A stretch of DNA of 64,000 bases from Raja brachyura (Eukaryota). The translations under genes and the position numbers were made by a program. Below are positions 14,150 to 26,211 of this stretch, piece by piece. Every line of letters begins with the position of its first letter. The stretch's first letter is position 1. The notes under the pieces are model-generated. The model made no database searches and was not told the DNA's origin. It was given only the letters and a program-made list of their open reading frames with translations. The DNA lies in contig OY740801.1 of the NCBI GenBank assembly GCA_963514005.1, positions 13,516,001 to 13,580,000 of the forward strand, in the 5' to 3' direction.

Positions 14150-14267
14150 TACCACCATCATGTGTTGCGACAAGTGATGGCTTCCACTGATTGTCGTCGG
14201 AAGCTTGCGTCCTTTTTAGGATGATGACAGCGTATTCAACATTTGTAACAAGATGGACACGAAAAGA
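14085..14267 (+). mobile_element. ~183-bp non-autonomous retroposon headed by an HDV-like ribozyme, nested in a Rex1-like remnant
   Basis: TSD aggtaaagcag (14073-14083) / aggtcaagcag (14268-14278), one mismatch; tail ...gacacgaaaagaag. Confidence 0.7.
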
Positions 14268-15739
14268 AGGTCAAGCAGGCAACATAATTAAGGACCACTC
14301 ATTCCCCAGTCATTCCCTCTTCTCTTTCCCATCTGGCAGAAGCTACTAACAGATTGAAAGCACATCATGAACAGTTTATTCCCCTTTTCAAACTACTTGA
14401 ACAGACTTCTCATAAGACAAGGGTGCAGACCCAATTTCACAACCTACTTCATTGCAGCCCTGGCACTTTCTCTCGAGCAGTAACACTATAACACTGTAAC
14501 ACTATAATCTGCACTCTGGAGTCTCTTTGCACCTCCTGGATTGTACCCATGTATGGGATGATTTGACTGGATAGCACACAAATGAAGTTGTCCCACTGTG
14601 CCTCGGTACATGTGGCAATAATAAACTAATACAATGCAAATACGACTTTAATTTTTGACCAACGAGTTAATCTAATGGAGACATGCAGGGCACTTCAGAC
14701 CCTTAGAATGTACTCCCCATGTCCTATACAGCGACAGTACAGAAGTGCCACCAGCTGGAGCAGCTCAATCTCTGCATCTTGGAGCCTGAGCAACAGCTGT
14801 CACATTCTATCCACAGGGCTGGATTTTGTGAACTGCATATTTTGGAATGGGATCATCCACCATCATTGCACAGGTAGAGATGGACTGAACTAATCTAATG
14901 GTACCATGCGGGAATACATATCCCATGACATGTACAACCACGGCAGATAAAGTGACACTCAAAACAAAAAGCTGGCGGGTATTTCAGGAGTCCTCATTCC
15001 CCAAGCAACATTCGGTTTCTAATTCTGATGGGGGGGGGGGGGGGGGGGGGGAACAAACGCTCTCTTGCCTATCACTGCCAGGGCCAGGAGCAGACCACCA
15101 CGGGTAGCTCGACTGCACAGGGAAAGAGAAAACAAAGCCAAGAGTGACAGCAATAAGATATTCTATAGTTAGCAGAGCTTCAGCAGTCACAGACCTCAAT
15201 CCAGGAAATGTGTTGCTTCCTTGGTGGCAAAGTGAAGAGCATCACTAAGTCCTGGCAGAATCTTTTGGACAAGGAGAGTGAACAGCCAAAGACTGTGGCC
15301 CATATTGCTACCAATGACATAGGCGGAAATAAGAATGCAGGCATATTTTATTGAATTAGGTGATAGATTAAGAAAAAGAGCTTCAAACTGTGGTAATCTC
15401 AAATTGACTTCCATGACCAATGAATACAAACTTAGGAGGATAACACTGACGAATGGCTAGCAGGAAATTTGTGCAAAAGAAAGGGCTTTAAATTCATACA
15501 GTCCTTCGCTTTGCTAAAGAAAATGCATTGAAATGGGCCCTTCAGCCCAACTCATCAATGCTGCCCAAAGCATCTTCTTGAGCTGGTCTCACGTGCCTGT
15601 AATTGGCCCGTTGCCCCTAAAACTTTTCCTATCCATGTACCTTGTAAACATTGTAACTGTACCCACCTCTACTACTTTCTCTGACAACTCGTTCCCCATC
15701 CACCCCACCCTCTGTGTGGAAATTGTGCTATTTAGCCCT

Positions 15740-16480
15740 CTTTAAATCTTTCCCCTCTCATCTTAAACGTATGACTCCAGTTTAAACTCCCCTACCCTGG
15801 GGAAAAAGACTATAACAATCCATTTTATCTATGCCTCTCACGATCTGATAAACCTCTATATAGGTCACTCCTCAACCTCCTTCATTCCAATGTGAATAGA
15901 CCCAGTTTCTACTTAAAACTCAAGCCTCATCGATATCCTATTGAAACTTTTCTGCAACCTATTTTGCTTTATCTCATCCCTCCCATAGTATGGTGACCAG
16001 AACTACCCACAATACTCCAAGTGGTCTCCACAACATCTTATACTGTTGCAACATCAAGTCCCAACTCTTGTCCTCATGTCCCAATATGAAGGCAAGCATT
16101 TATGCAGCTTCTTCACCATCTAATTTACCTGCATCACCATTTTCAGGAAACCATGTACTTGTACCCCTTGGTCTCTCTGTTCTACCGCATTTCCCAGGGC
16201 CTTTTCATTTACTGTGTATGTCCAGCCCTGGATTAACTTAGTGAAATTTCAACTGCCATTCCTTATCCCACTTTCCAATTGATCCAGATCCTGTTGTATC
16301 TTTAGACAATCTTCATCACTGTCCGCCACACTATCAAATTTGATGTTTTCTGTAAACTTACTAATTATACCATCTACAATTCTTACTCAAATCATTAATA
16401 TATATCATTATCCATGATGATGATACGATGCAGGATTTTGTCAAAAGCCTTGCTAAAGTTCATGTAATCCACACCTACCC
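15740..16480 (-). mobile_element. Decayed CR1 fragment
   Basis: Degenerate similarity to the CR1 RT and 3' region seen at 42157-43300. Confidence 0.6.
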
Positions 16481-17545
16481 TGCACTTACATCTCAAACAC
16501 AGCTGTTCAGCCTTGCAACAGCCATTCTCACAATGGCCCACTCCAAAATGGCTGTTCCATCAGGTCCTTTCGAATTCTCTCGCGGGGGACCTACTAGCAA
16601 GGCCTTTGGGGACAAAAAGGCATGGGAAACGTTGTGGGGAAGATAGGACCTATCAATGCCAGACAGGCTGTGACTTAACAGAACTAGGACTAACCTCCTT
16701 GCAAGCAGATTTGGGGAGGGTTTAATTGAGCTTGGCAGAGGAAGTTGAAAAGATACAAAAGAGAGAAAACAGACTTGGGAATAGAAGCTAAAAAAGTGAG
16801 GTAGTTTAGAAGGAAGAACAAATAAAGGCTGGAAGTTAAAAGGAGTCTATTGTGAAGCATGTAGATAGCCGAAGCACTGATAGACATATTATAGCTCTGC
16901 CTGAAACATGTTATAAAGTTGTGCAGTTATTTAACATTCTTGTTTAAAGGCTTTTCAAACAAAATAAGGAGGGGCTAAGTGAGAGGAAGAGACTGAAAGA
17001 AGAAGGTGGTGAGGCAATCTTGGTTGAAGAAACAATTAATAAGATCAAAAAATGGAAAGTTTACTATGTTATTTTGCACATTTTCAACTAACATGGTTCC
17101 CTTCTACATCATTTGTCTTCCATGATGTTATGATTCTCCATTCATCAATAATCCTAGAAAATGTTGGTGTCTCAAAGTTTACATTTGCCATAGAATAAAC
17201 AATAGATTAAACCAAGCATTAAGTCGGTATTATAATTGAATTTCTATTTTAATAAGAAAAGTTTCATAACTTTCTAAGGAAAGTAGTCATAAATGAAGCT
17301 GGTAATGACATCAAGATCAGGAATTCTGCATTAACTGTCAACACAAAGCACATAATATCAATACATTCGGTAGAATAGAAATAATACGACTATGTAGAAC
17401 TATACAAACACCCCACAGGCCTAGGCTGCCTGCCTCTTAGTCAGATTGCTGCTCAATAATAGTCATAATAATACCACACAACTGACCAGGCAATAGCTCA
17501 TTTCTACACAGAACATTAATATTCAGAGTGGTGTAACTGACTTAC

Positions 17546-17608
17546 TTTAAAATCATTTCCACTTAGATCCACACCCCTGATGAAGGGCAAGACTCCGGTG
17601 GCAGCCAT
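17546..17608 (-). CDS. FLII: FLII exon 1
   Basis: ATG at 17608; MAATGVLPFIRGVDLSGNDFK; donor gtaagt. Confidence 0.95.
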
Positions 17609-17609
17609 G

Positions 17610-17830
17610 GCCGCTGTGACAGTCCACCTCAACCTACCGCCATTAACCCCGCCCTTCCTTCGCATCTCATTGGCCAGCACCTGTCACCTGGGCGGGCACT
17701 GACCGATCTCGATCAGTCTCATTGGCCGAAACTCCTATCAATCACAAGCCAATCATCAGGTTTGGTTGAGCTGCGTCTCACCCATTTCCGGATATGAGCG
17801 CATGCGCCGTCCCGCCCCCCTCTCCCGTTG
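17610..17830 (-). promoter_or_regulatory. FLII CpG-rich promoter and 5' UTR
   Basis: Several GC boxes (ccccgccc, gggcggg), CCAAT boxes in both orientations, ETS-like ttccgg 17786-17791, NRF1-like palindrome gcgcatgcgc 17798-17807. Confidence 0.7.
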
Positions 17831-18109
17831 ATCGACAGCCCCAGGACCTGAAGTTGGGCAATCGAAGTGTGCAGGAAGTACAGGATGGAAATTGGTGGTA
17901 GTTAAAACGCCGGAGAAACTCAGCGGGTGAGGCAGCATCTCTGGAGCGAAGGAAATAGGTGACGGTTCGGGTTGAGTAGTGAAGTTGATGAAGTCCATGA
18001 GTGCTGGAGGTAGCACCGATGCAGTTGTCAATGTAACATAGAGTTTGGGTCTAGGGCCAGTGAATGCCTGGAACATGGATTGTTCAATGTAAGAAGGGTC
18101 TCGACCCAA

Positions 18110-18390
18110 AGCGCGGGTCGGTACGGTGGCGCAGCGCCGGAGACCCAGGTTCGATCCTGACTACGGGCGGTTATCTGCACGGGGTTTGTACGTTCTGCCC
18201 ATGTGTTTCCACCGAGATCTTCGGTTTCCTCCCACACTCCAAAGATGTTCAGGTTTGTAGGTTAATTGGCTTGGTATGAATGTAAAATTGTCTCTAGTGT
18301 GTGTAGGATGGTGTTAGTGTGCAGGGATCGCTGGTCAGTGCAGACTCGGTGGGCCAAAGGGCCTGTTTCCACGCTGTATCTCTAAACTAA
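18110..18390 (+). mobile_element. tRNA-derived V-domain SINE inserted in a hammerhead-bearing element
   Basis: ggtggcgcagc, ggttcgatcc, V-domain, gggcctgtttccacgctgtatctctaaactaa. Confidence 0.82.
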
Positions 18391-19539
18391 ACGTCACCCA
18401 TTCCTTATCTCCAGAGATGCTGCGTGTCCCACTGAGTTACTCCAGCTTTTTGTGTTTATCTTGGGTAATCGAACTGTCAGTCATGGATTGTGGGCGGGCT
18501 CGTCTGCCAATAGATAAAAGACCAGAGTGCATTAAGTGAGTTCCAATGATAGCCACAAAATACTGGAGTAACTGAGAGGTCAACAAAGTTTGGGCAGACC
18601 AAAGAACCTGGAAGAAATTTTGCAGTTCTAGTTTTGTATAATATTTTTACTCTGAATAAAGTTTATTATGATTAGGAAATGGGTCAGGCAGCATCTCTAT
18701 AGAAAAGGAATAGGTAATGTTTCAGGTCAAGACCCTTCCCGATCTGAGATGTCACCTATTCCTTCTCTCCAGAAATGCTGCCTGACCCGCTGAGTAACTA
18801 CAGCATTTTGTGTCTATCTTCTGCAGTTCCTTCGTACACAAACTGAGATCCGATGTGTAGGCATAAGGAGCCATTGATGATGGATGGCACCTTAAGCAAG
18901 CTACAAGGTGCTGGATGATCTCGGCAGGTCAAGCAACATTTGTGGAGGGATTTGGACTGATGATGTTTTGGGGCGGGGCCCTTTGTCCATTTCCCCCGAT
19001 AGATGTTGCCTGACCCACTGAGTTCCTCCAGCAGTTTGAGCTCGGATGTGTAGTGTATTGACATTCAAGTGGTAGAGATGCAAACGCTCTGTATGACCGC
19101 TTGGAAACTAGGAGGGATAGGATTAATTGCGGAATGATTGGCCATTGTTAAGCTATGAATCTGTCTGGATTCCTATTACTGGTACATCTACACCTTTAAT
19201 TTATTTCTGTTTGAATTTTTTTTCATAGAAACTTGTTGAGAATCTGATGAAATCTGCTTGGGTAGATATTTCACAATGCCAAAGGACGGCTTCTTGGACA
19301 AGCCAGGTTTGCAGCCTGTGAGAAAATAATTCAATAGACTGAGGCAACCTTATGCTGAATATAGAGATAAGTGTATCCTTCCACATAATAGCAAGCATAA
19401 AAGCCAATCATGTCCGAAAGGATCCATCACAAAGTTTCCAAAGGTAATTGTCTTGGACTTTGTTATTCACCAATGAATTGACAATATTCATAGATATTGA
19501 CAAATATCTACCATTAATTACTCCCTTCTCTTTGCAGAA

Positions 19540-20700
19540 TACAACATTGGCTGGGGGATAATGTGTTGAAAACAATTGTGTAAATCATTGGCCTTAAGTT
19601 GTGTGGATTTTCAGAAAGCCTTTAAGGTGCAACACAAAAAGTAATTAATAAGAAATTTAGATTACATGGGACTGGGGGCAATATAGATGCATTAATAGAC
19701 AGATGGGAATAAATGGATCATCTGTCTTAATTTAAGTGCCCCATGGATTACTGCTTGAGCGTTTATTCATAATGTACTCAATCTTTGTAATCTAAATCAA
19801 TGATTGCAATGGGGGAATAAATAGGTGTACTTGTGGTATAAAGCTTGGTGAAAAGATGCAGAGATTTCAAATTTACACACAGATACACAAAATACACAGA
19901 AACACTAAAGTGGACGGTATTGTAGATAGTGAAGATGGTTGTCAAAAATTGCAGCAGGATCTTGATTGGTTGGGTAAGTGGGCAGAGCAATAGTTGATGG
20001 AATTTAATACAGAGAAATGTTGGGTGTTGCATTTTGGAAAGTCTAACTCGGGCAGGACCTGCAGTGAATGGGAAGGCTCTGGGTAGTGTTGTAGAGCATA
20101 GTGATCTAGGAGCACAGATGCATAGTTCCTTGAAAGTAGCATCACATGTAGATAGGGTGGTCAAAAAGGCTTTCAGCATATTGGTCGCCTTCCGTCAAAG
20201 TATTAAGTATAGAAGTATGTTATAGTTATACAAGAAATTGATTAGGCCACATTAATAGACAATAGGTGCAGGAGTTGGCCCTTTGAGCCAGCACCGCCAT
20301 TCAATGTGGTCATGGCTGATCATCCACATTCCCGTTCCTGCCTTCTCTCCATATCCATTAACTCCACTATCCCTAAGAGCTCTATCTATCTCTCTTGAAA
20401 GCATCCAGAGAACCAGCCTCTGAGGCAGAGAATTCCACACACTCACAACTCTGTGTGAAAAAATGTTTCTTCATCTAAGTTCGAAATGGCTTACCACAAT
20501 GAAGAGTGTTGTGGTTGATTTTGGGCACCATGTTATAGGAAAGATAGGGAGGTGTTGAGCAGGCTAGGACTATTCTTTGGAGTGCAAGATGATGAGGGGT
20601 GATTTTATAGAGGTTACAAAATCATGAGAAGAACAGATTGGGTAAATGCAAAGAGGTAAAGTATCAGTCGTAATCTGATTGAATGGTGGAACAAGTCCAA
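19540..20700 (+). mobile_element. Decayed CR1 ORF2 fragments with a nested inverted CR1 3' end (~20255-20480)
   Basis: Frameshifted similarity to the 42157-43300 RT (QQDLD, FNTEKC, VKKAF motifs). Confidence 0.75.
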
Positions 20701-21094
20701 TGCTCTACTCCTTTCACTCCACAGCAGATCTTTTTGCATACCTTCGGTAGGTGGTAGGGAAAAGGAGAACTCCCAGATTACAACATTACAAAAAATATTT
20801 ATTGTGACTATATTTTTTTCTCTAACACCATAATGGATATTTTTGCATCTACTGGATTGTAACGTCAAAAAACATTAATGTTAAAAATTTCCTTAAGCAA
20901 TCCTGGGGCCCATTTTGCACAACCTGACATTCTCTGAATGAGCAATTAAATTGGAGAAATTCAACTGTCTTCATTATAGTCAAAGATCCATGTATTTCAC
21001 ATATATTGCAATTTTGGTCTCATATATTGAGACCAATTCATGCCAAGGTGCACGGTGAGCACTGTTATATAAATTGTGCTTCCTTTACCAGGAT

Positions 21095-21360
21095 TCCAGG
21101 ACAAGGTCATAGCCTCAGAATTAAAGGATGGTACTTCAGGAAGGCAAAGGGGAGGAATTTCTTTAGTCAGAGGGTGGTGAACCTGTGGAATTTGCCACAG
21201 AAGACTGTGAATAGATATTTTTGAGGCAGAGATAGATAAATTCTTGATTAGTACGGGTGTCAGGGGTTATGGTGAGAAGGCAGGATAATGGGGTTAGGAG
21301 GGAGAGATAGATCAGCCATGATTGAATGACGGAGTAGACTTGATGGCGAATGGCCTATTT
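21095..21360 (+). mobile_element. CR1 3' end
   Basis: GHSLRIKG...FFSQRVVNLWN and gagaaggcagg...atcagccatgattgaatg. Confidence 0.75.
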
Positions 21361-23277
21361 CAAGTCAAGAGAGTTTATTATCATGTGTCCCAGAGAGGAC
21401 AATGAAATTCTTGATTGCTGCAGCACAACAGAATATTATAAGCAAAAATACAGAACAGTTAAGCTCATTATACACATAAATAAGCAGATAAAGTGCAATT
21501 ATTCTTCTATCACCTATGACCTTCTGATACCCGAGTAATTTAAGAATAGCAATTATTAAATGTTACCTTAATGATGTCTGAAGGGATTAGGGTTGTCAAG
21601 CAATAAGAAATTATGATTGTATAATCTTAATTTTACCCTTAATAGAACACCAATATTCAGATTTTCAGTACATAATTTATTGCTTTTGAGTTACGGATAA
21701 TCTTGAAAGATCAAAAGGAAAACATTTTGCCTTTTTAATGTTTAATGATGTCACAAAGCATTCATGTTCTAGTTTCAGCAGAAAATCTGATTTATTTCAT
21801 TGGCCAATTTACTCACTTCATTCAGTGGAGTTTAGGACCACAGGAAATCATTATAGTTGATCAACTGTTTTCACTAATCACAATGTTGAAACCAGCTGGG
21901 GAGCTGAATAACTCCCAGCTGTCTCTTTGTACAGTTGGGAAATCTGATTCCATCACCCAAATTACAATTCTATATCATTCCCTGCTTAAAATGTCCCACG
22001 TTGGGGTGGAATCCCTGTGTTAATCATACAAGAGCCAGTCAACATATCGGTACATCTTGAGAGGAAAACAAATCACACTTTTAGTTAAACCATGAGAACA
22101 GAACTACACTGAAAAAGCAAATATTAATTTATTATTTGAAATAAAATCACTTAACAGTAGCTTCTAATGTTAAAATAAAATGAATTTTAATTCATCCATG
22201 TCCTGGTGGACTCTCGGGTTTACTCAATTCTATCTCTTCAATTACTCTGCTCTCTATTATAACTTCAGTTCTATGGTTCAATGCAACCTCCCAATGTGTT
22301 GGTGATAGTTACGTTCACACTGCTAAATGCAGCCTGATGGTACACTGTGACACATTCCCACCAGTGTTACGGCCTAATATTATAGTGCAACCCTGCATCT
22401 ACCATTACTGTATCCAGGGAATTCTGTGCCTATAAATACTGTATCAGTGAAATAGTGCTGTAATCATTAGTGCACTACCCCAGTATTATATAGGATAAAC
22501 ACAAGCCACAATAAAATGTAAAAGGTGAATGGCTGTTCTCTTCCCCATAGAAGACTATGAGAAAATGAGGGAAATAAAGCATCTGCATTTCTACTGCACT
22601 TCACTGAAAGCCATTTGACAATGCAGCCATTGAACGATTCCTTATCCATGGTACATCACACAACATCCACAAGAGATAATACAGTAACCTAATATATCTC
22701 TCCAAAAATAGAAACTTAATTCCCTGCTGGACATTTACAAGTGATTTATCCAAAAATCAAATGCAAACATGCTGAACTGGAACCTGAACGTATGATAACA
22801 CAATGACATAATAAAAGTTACCTTCGCATTTAAAGGTGCCAAAATCAAATCCTGAGCTTTTAACTAACTTTAAACATTCGGACTAAAACAAATTGATGTT
22901 CTTACAACTCTTCAACTCCTCAGATGCTAAGATGTACCATCTCCAGAAAAGCTTGATTTGATAGAAGCAATACCATTCCATGAATAAAATCCACCCATGG
23001 AGGACTAAGCAACCGCTCCTGGAGGCAGGTTAAGTAATGGATTCCATTCTGCTTCTCACTGTAACCCGGCACCCAACACACCCAGGCGACCCACTCTCCC
23101 TCATCGAACAATGAACTCACTGAACTCTATATTAAAGATCACATAATGCAGTACTCCTTATGAAGGATCTGGTTAGTATCAGTGGGAAAGATCAAGAGAA
23201 CTGAGATGAAGATGACAGTTTTCTCTGCAGGCACAGTACCCAGTTTATGACAAAATGCAGGTGGGAAGGAGAGAGGG

Positions 23278-23402
23278 TCACCGGTTTTGGGGGCATTTTG
23301 TCCTGGTGTGCCCCGGCTGATGACACAGCCCGCAGGAGCGTGGCTTCTTTGCTGTGGGTCCATTCTGGAAAGAATTTCTATCCCGCCGATTATCTATTGA
23401 TC
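23278..23402 (-). CDS. TOP3A: TOP3A exon 19 (terminal)
   Basis: tttcag|GA; SIDNRRDRNSFQNGPTAKKPRSCGLCHQPGHTRTKCPQNR*; stop TGA 23278-23280; not present in the supplied ORF track. Confidence 0.93.
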
Positions 23403-23465
23403 CTGAAATAGAAGGAATACAATTATATCATTTGATTTGAACATCCCAAGTATTCCTTTATCAAT

Positions 23466-23601
23466 CTTCTTCTTTCGTGTGGCATGCACAGCCTAAAGTT
23501 GTAGGACAACTTGTTCTATTGGATCTTCTGTATGTACACGTCGAGTTGATTGCATTAGTCGAAACAGGGCGGACCACGTGAAGGTTGCAATCTTCCACCC
23601 C
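23466..23601 (-). mobile_element. 136-bp non-autonomous retroposon headed by the HDV-like ribozyme, (GAA)n tail
   Basis: Perfect 11-bp TSD cctttatcaat at 23455-23465 and 23602-23612; 3' end ...gccacacgaaagaagaag. Confidence 0.8.
23548..23601 (-). ncRNA. HDV/CPEB3-like self-cleaving ribozyme fold with minimal P4
   Basis: GGGGUGG AA GAUUGCA ACC UUCACGU GGU CCGCCCU G UUUCGA CUAA UGCAAUC: 7-bp P1 with G1.U wobble, perfect 7-bp P2, 3-bp P3, L3 UUCACGU, J4/2 CUAA with putative catalytic C at 23558. Confidence 0.8.
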
Positions 23602-24248
23602 CCTTTATCAATGAATGACCTAAAATTAAGTACAGGCTCAAATACCTATTCAGCTGTTTTTAGTATTTAACTGGTGGGGGCCATTCACAGCTCATTGCAC
23701 CTCAGTCAGATCTGCAACCTGGCATTACAGCTTCCCACAGTAGCTTTGGCCTAGCACAATGAACTATGTAAACATCCTAAGGTAGCCTATGAATGTATTT
23801 AGTAGACAATTCACAATCTCCATTTCTATAAACAGTAAACCATATTCTGAAAAACACATGCTATCCATAAACATTGATCAAGTGGCTCATAGCAACTCAT
23901 GGCACTGCATTGAAAACCATGGTCCCAGGTGGCATTTTAAAAGCGTTCATTTGCCATTGAGTATTGCACAAAAGTGACTGGTGGTGGTGAATAATAGTAG
24001 AGCCGCTGCCACACAACGGCAGAGACCCAAGTTCAATTCTGGCCTTGGCTAGTATCTGTTTGCACATTCTCTCTGTGATTGTGTGAATTTCCTCCATGTG
24101 CTCCAGTTTTATCTCAAAGATGTGAAGGGAGGTAGGTTGCTTGGTAAATGGCTACTGTGAACAGCTCCTGGTGTGTAGGGAAATGGTAGAATTTAGGGGT
24201 AATAAGAATGTAGGATGAATTTTAAAAAATGGAATTAATGTAAGATTG

Positions 24249-24617
24249 CAGACAGTCCTCAGTTACAATAGGGTTCCTTCCATTCCCAAAAAATGCTCGT
24301 AACCCAAACCGTTTGCAAGTCAGAAATGAAAAAGTGTGTGGGAAAAGCAGTTGTCAGCTGGTCTTAGGGACTCAATGACTGATCGATGCTGCTGAGCGCT
24401 CTAGCTCAGCTCAGCTCGACGCAGCTCCAATAATTGTGGCTCAGAGGGAGCGGGCTGGGGAAGAAAGAAAGTGGAAATGCCCCATTTCCACCCGGCACAA
24501 GATGTCTGTGGCCCCGCAACAGCAAATTCAGCACCGTTCATTCTCTTGCTCCCTCGAATGTTGTTTGTATGCATGGGGTGCCCACAAGTCTAGTGTTCGT
24601 AACCCAGGAATAACCTG
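24249..24617. mobile_element. Tc1/mariner (Tigger-like) MITE remnant
   Basis: Degenerate TIRs cagacagtcctcagttac / gtaacccaggaataacctg. Confidence 0.45.
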
Positions 24618-24797
24618 GCTAGCTCGTGTTTTTCTGAATATGGTTAACAGTTTTTGAAAAAGAGGTTGGTAATTGTCTACGAAATACTTTCCTACAGTGC
24701 CTTAGGATTTGTTCGTTTAGTTCATTAGTAAATCGGTGGTTAATGATCAATACAGTTTTTGTGCTGTACTTTTCTGTGACTCTATTGCGATGCTTAC

Positions 24798-25459
24798 CAG
24801 GTAAAGCATTCTCATCGGCCCACTGGAAGAAGCCACACTGCTGTTCTCTGGGTTTGGAGCACGTATGGAATGCCCGTCCCTTGTTGGGTCCATCTTTCTG
24901 CACTGTGCGTGTGACAGCTGGCTGGTTGCATGTGCACATTGTTTCTCCTGCACCAGAGGTCCCCCTGCTTTCAGCCTGGCGGATGTTTCCTGTATCTGTG
25001 TTCGTATTCCCCCTGCCAACAGCTCCTCCATGGCTTCTCGATTCCCCAGCGTCGTGCTCGGCCCACAGAAAGAAGTTGCAATTGCCCACGTTGCACTTGT
25101 AAAACCTCCGACCCTGGTTTGGTCCATCCTTGCGGACTGTCAGTAGTAGTGCATTCTGACCACAGTTGCACATAACAGCATTATCATCATGTGCAGTCAC
25201 CGATGGAACGGTTCTAGATACTGGGCCCACAGCCACTGTTGGCACAGCACCTCCATGGTTTCTGGGCCTCTTGTTCACGTGACTCTCTGGTCTGTTCTGC
25301 GACAAATGGTTGGCTGCTTGATTGTTCAATTGGGATGGTCCACGTAAATACCTCAGGTCCAGGATCTCCCTCAACATCTCGTCACAACCTCCAATACAGC
25401 CGACGAACTCCAAGGGGACCAACGGAGGCACACTGCCTCGTTTGAACTTAAACTTTAAC
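24798..25459 (-). CDS. TOP3A: TOP3A exon 18 (two GRF zinc fingers)
   Basis: LKFKFKRGSVPPLVPLEFVGCIGGCDE...CNCGQ...GRRFYKC...CNFFLW...CTCNQ...GRAFHTC...CGFFQWADENALP. Confidence 0.95.
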
Positions 25460-25541
25460 CTGAAAATTCAGAACAAGTAAAATGAATACGTTTTCTGAAA
25501 ATAAAACAGTAAGGCTTAGATTTGTCATCTTTAGTCCTTAC

Positions 25542-25664
25542 CTGTGAACTGGGTGTGGCTTACATGTGGGACAAACGCTCTCATCCTTGCTGACCCCAAG
25601 GACAGAATCGGGAAACCAGACAGCAGACCTGCAGCTCGGATATCCGGTACATGAAAGGTACGTC
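25542..25664 (-). CDS. TOP3A: TOP3A exon 17
   Basis: TYLSCTGYPSCRSAVWFPDSVLGVSKDESVCPTCKPHPVH(R). Confidence 0.94.
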
Positions 25665-26211
25665 CTGCAGCAAATACAAAGAAAACACGATGAACGCAAC
25701 AGCCCGCACTGTCACAAGGTGAATAGGAACTGGCAATATATGCCAATAGCCCAACATGGCAACAGAATTGCATGCATTTATACAGTACCTTTAACACAGT
25801 AAAATATCTTACAGTGCTTCACAGCTATGCTTTCAGAATAATAAAATAATTTCAGTTAGGTACATAAAATATTAAGACCTGGTCACAGAGATGGGTTTTA
25901 AGGAATTTGTTTAATGAAGATAGAGAGATATCTGTATAGATTTTTTTTTAAAGAGGCTTAATTCACTTTGATAAAAATATAAAACAGGAGCAGAAGAATT
26001 AAATTAAGGAAACAGGAATAATAAGTTTGGAGCTGTTGTCAGGATTCATTTTCCATCCCTTATGTTCTTCACCCCCACCCCAAACTCAATTCTCTATTCA
26101 CAGGATTTATTTCCCACAGTGCCTACACTTGCTATGTTCATTGGATTCCCCTCACACCTTAATATGTTCACAGAATTTATTTCTTGCCCCTTATCCATTC
26201 CTTCATGTGAA

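Larger units (their letters stand above)
13945..14635 (+). mobile_element. Rex1/Babar-like LINE 3' remnant (hosts the 14085 element)
   Basis: CIITWFGN-like codons, IIKDH.HP.HSLF.FPSGR-like remnant; tail cactgtgcctcggtacatgtggcaataataaac shared with ~3560-3670. Confidence 0.55.

Noticed and set aside
15029-15051. Long G/C homopolymers (also ~1217, 41942, 50127, 62079)
   Set aside because: Simple repeats whose length is error-prone in assemblies; no supporting structure.
24619-24797. ORF read-through past TOP3A exon 18 as the true C-terminus
   Set aside because: A strong gtaagc donor at 24797 and a conserved terminal exon at 23278-23402 explain the C-terminus.
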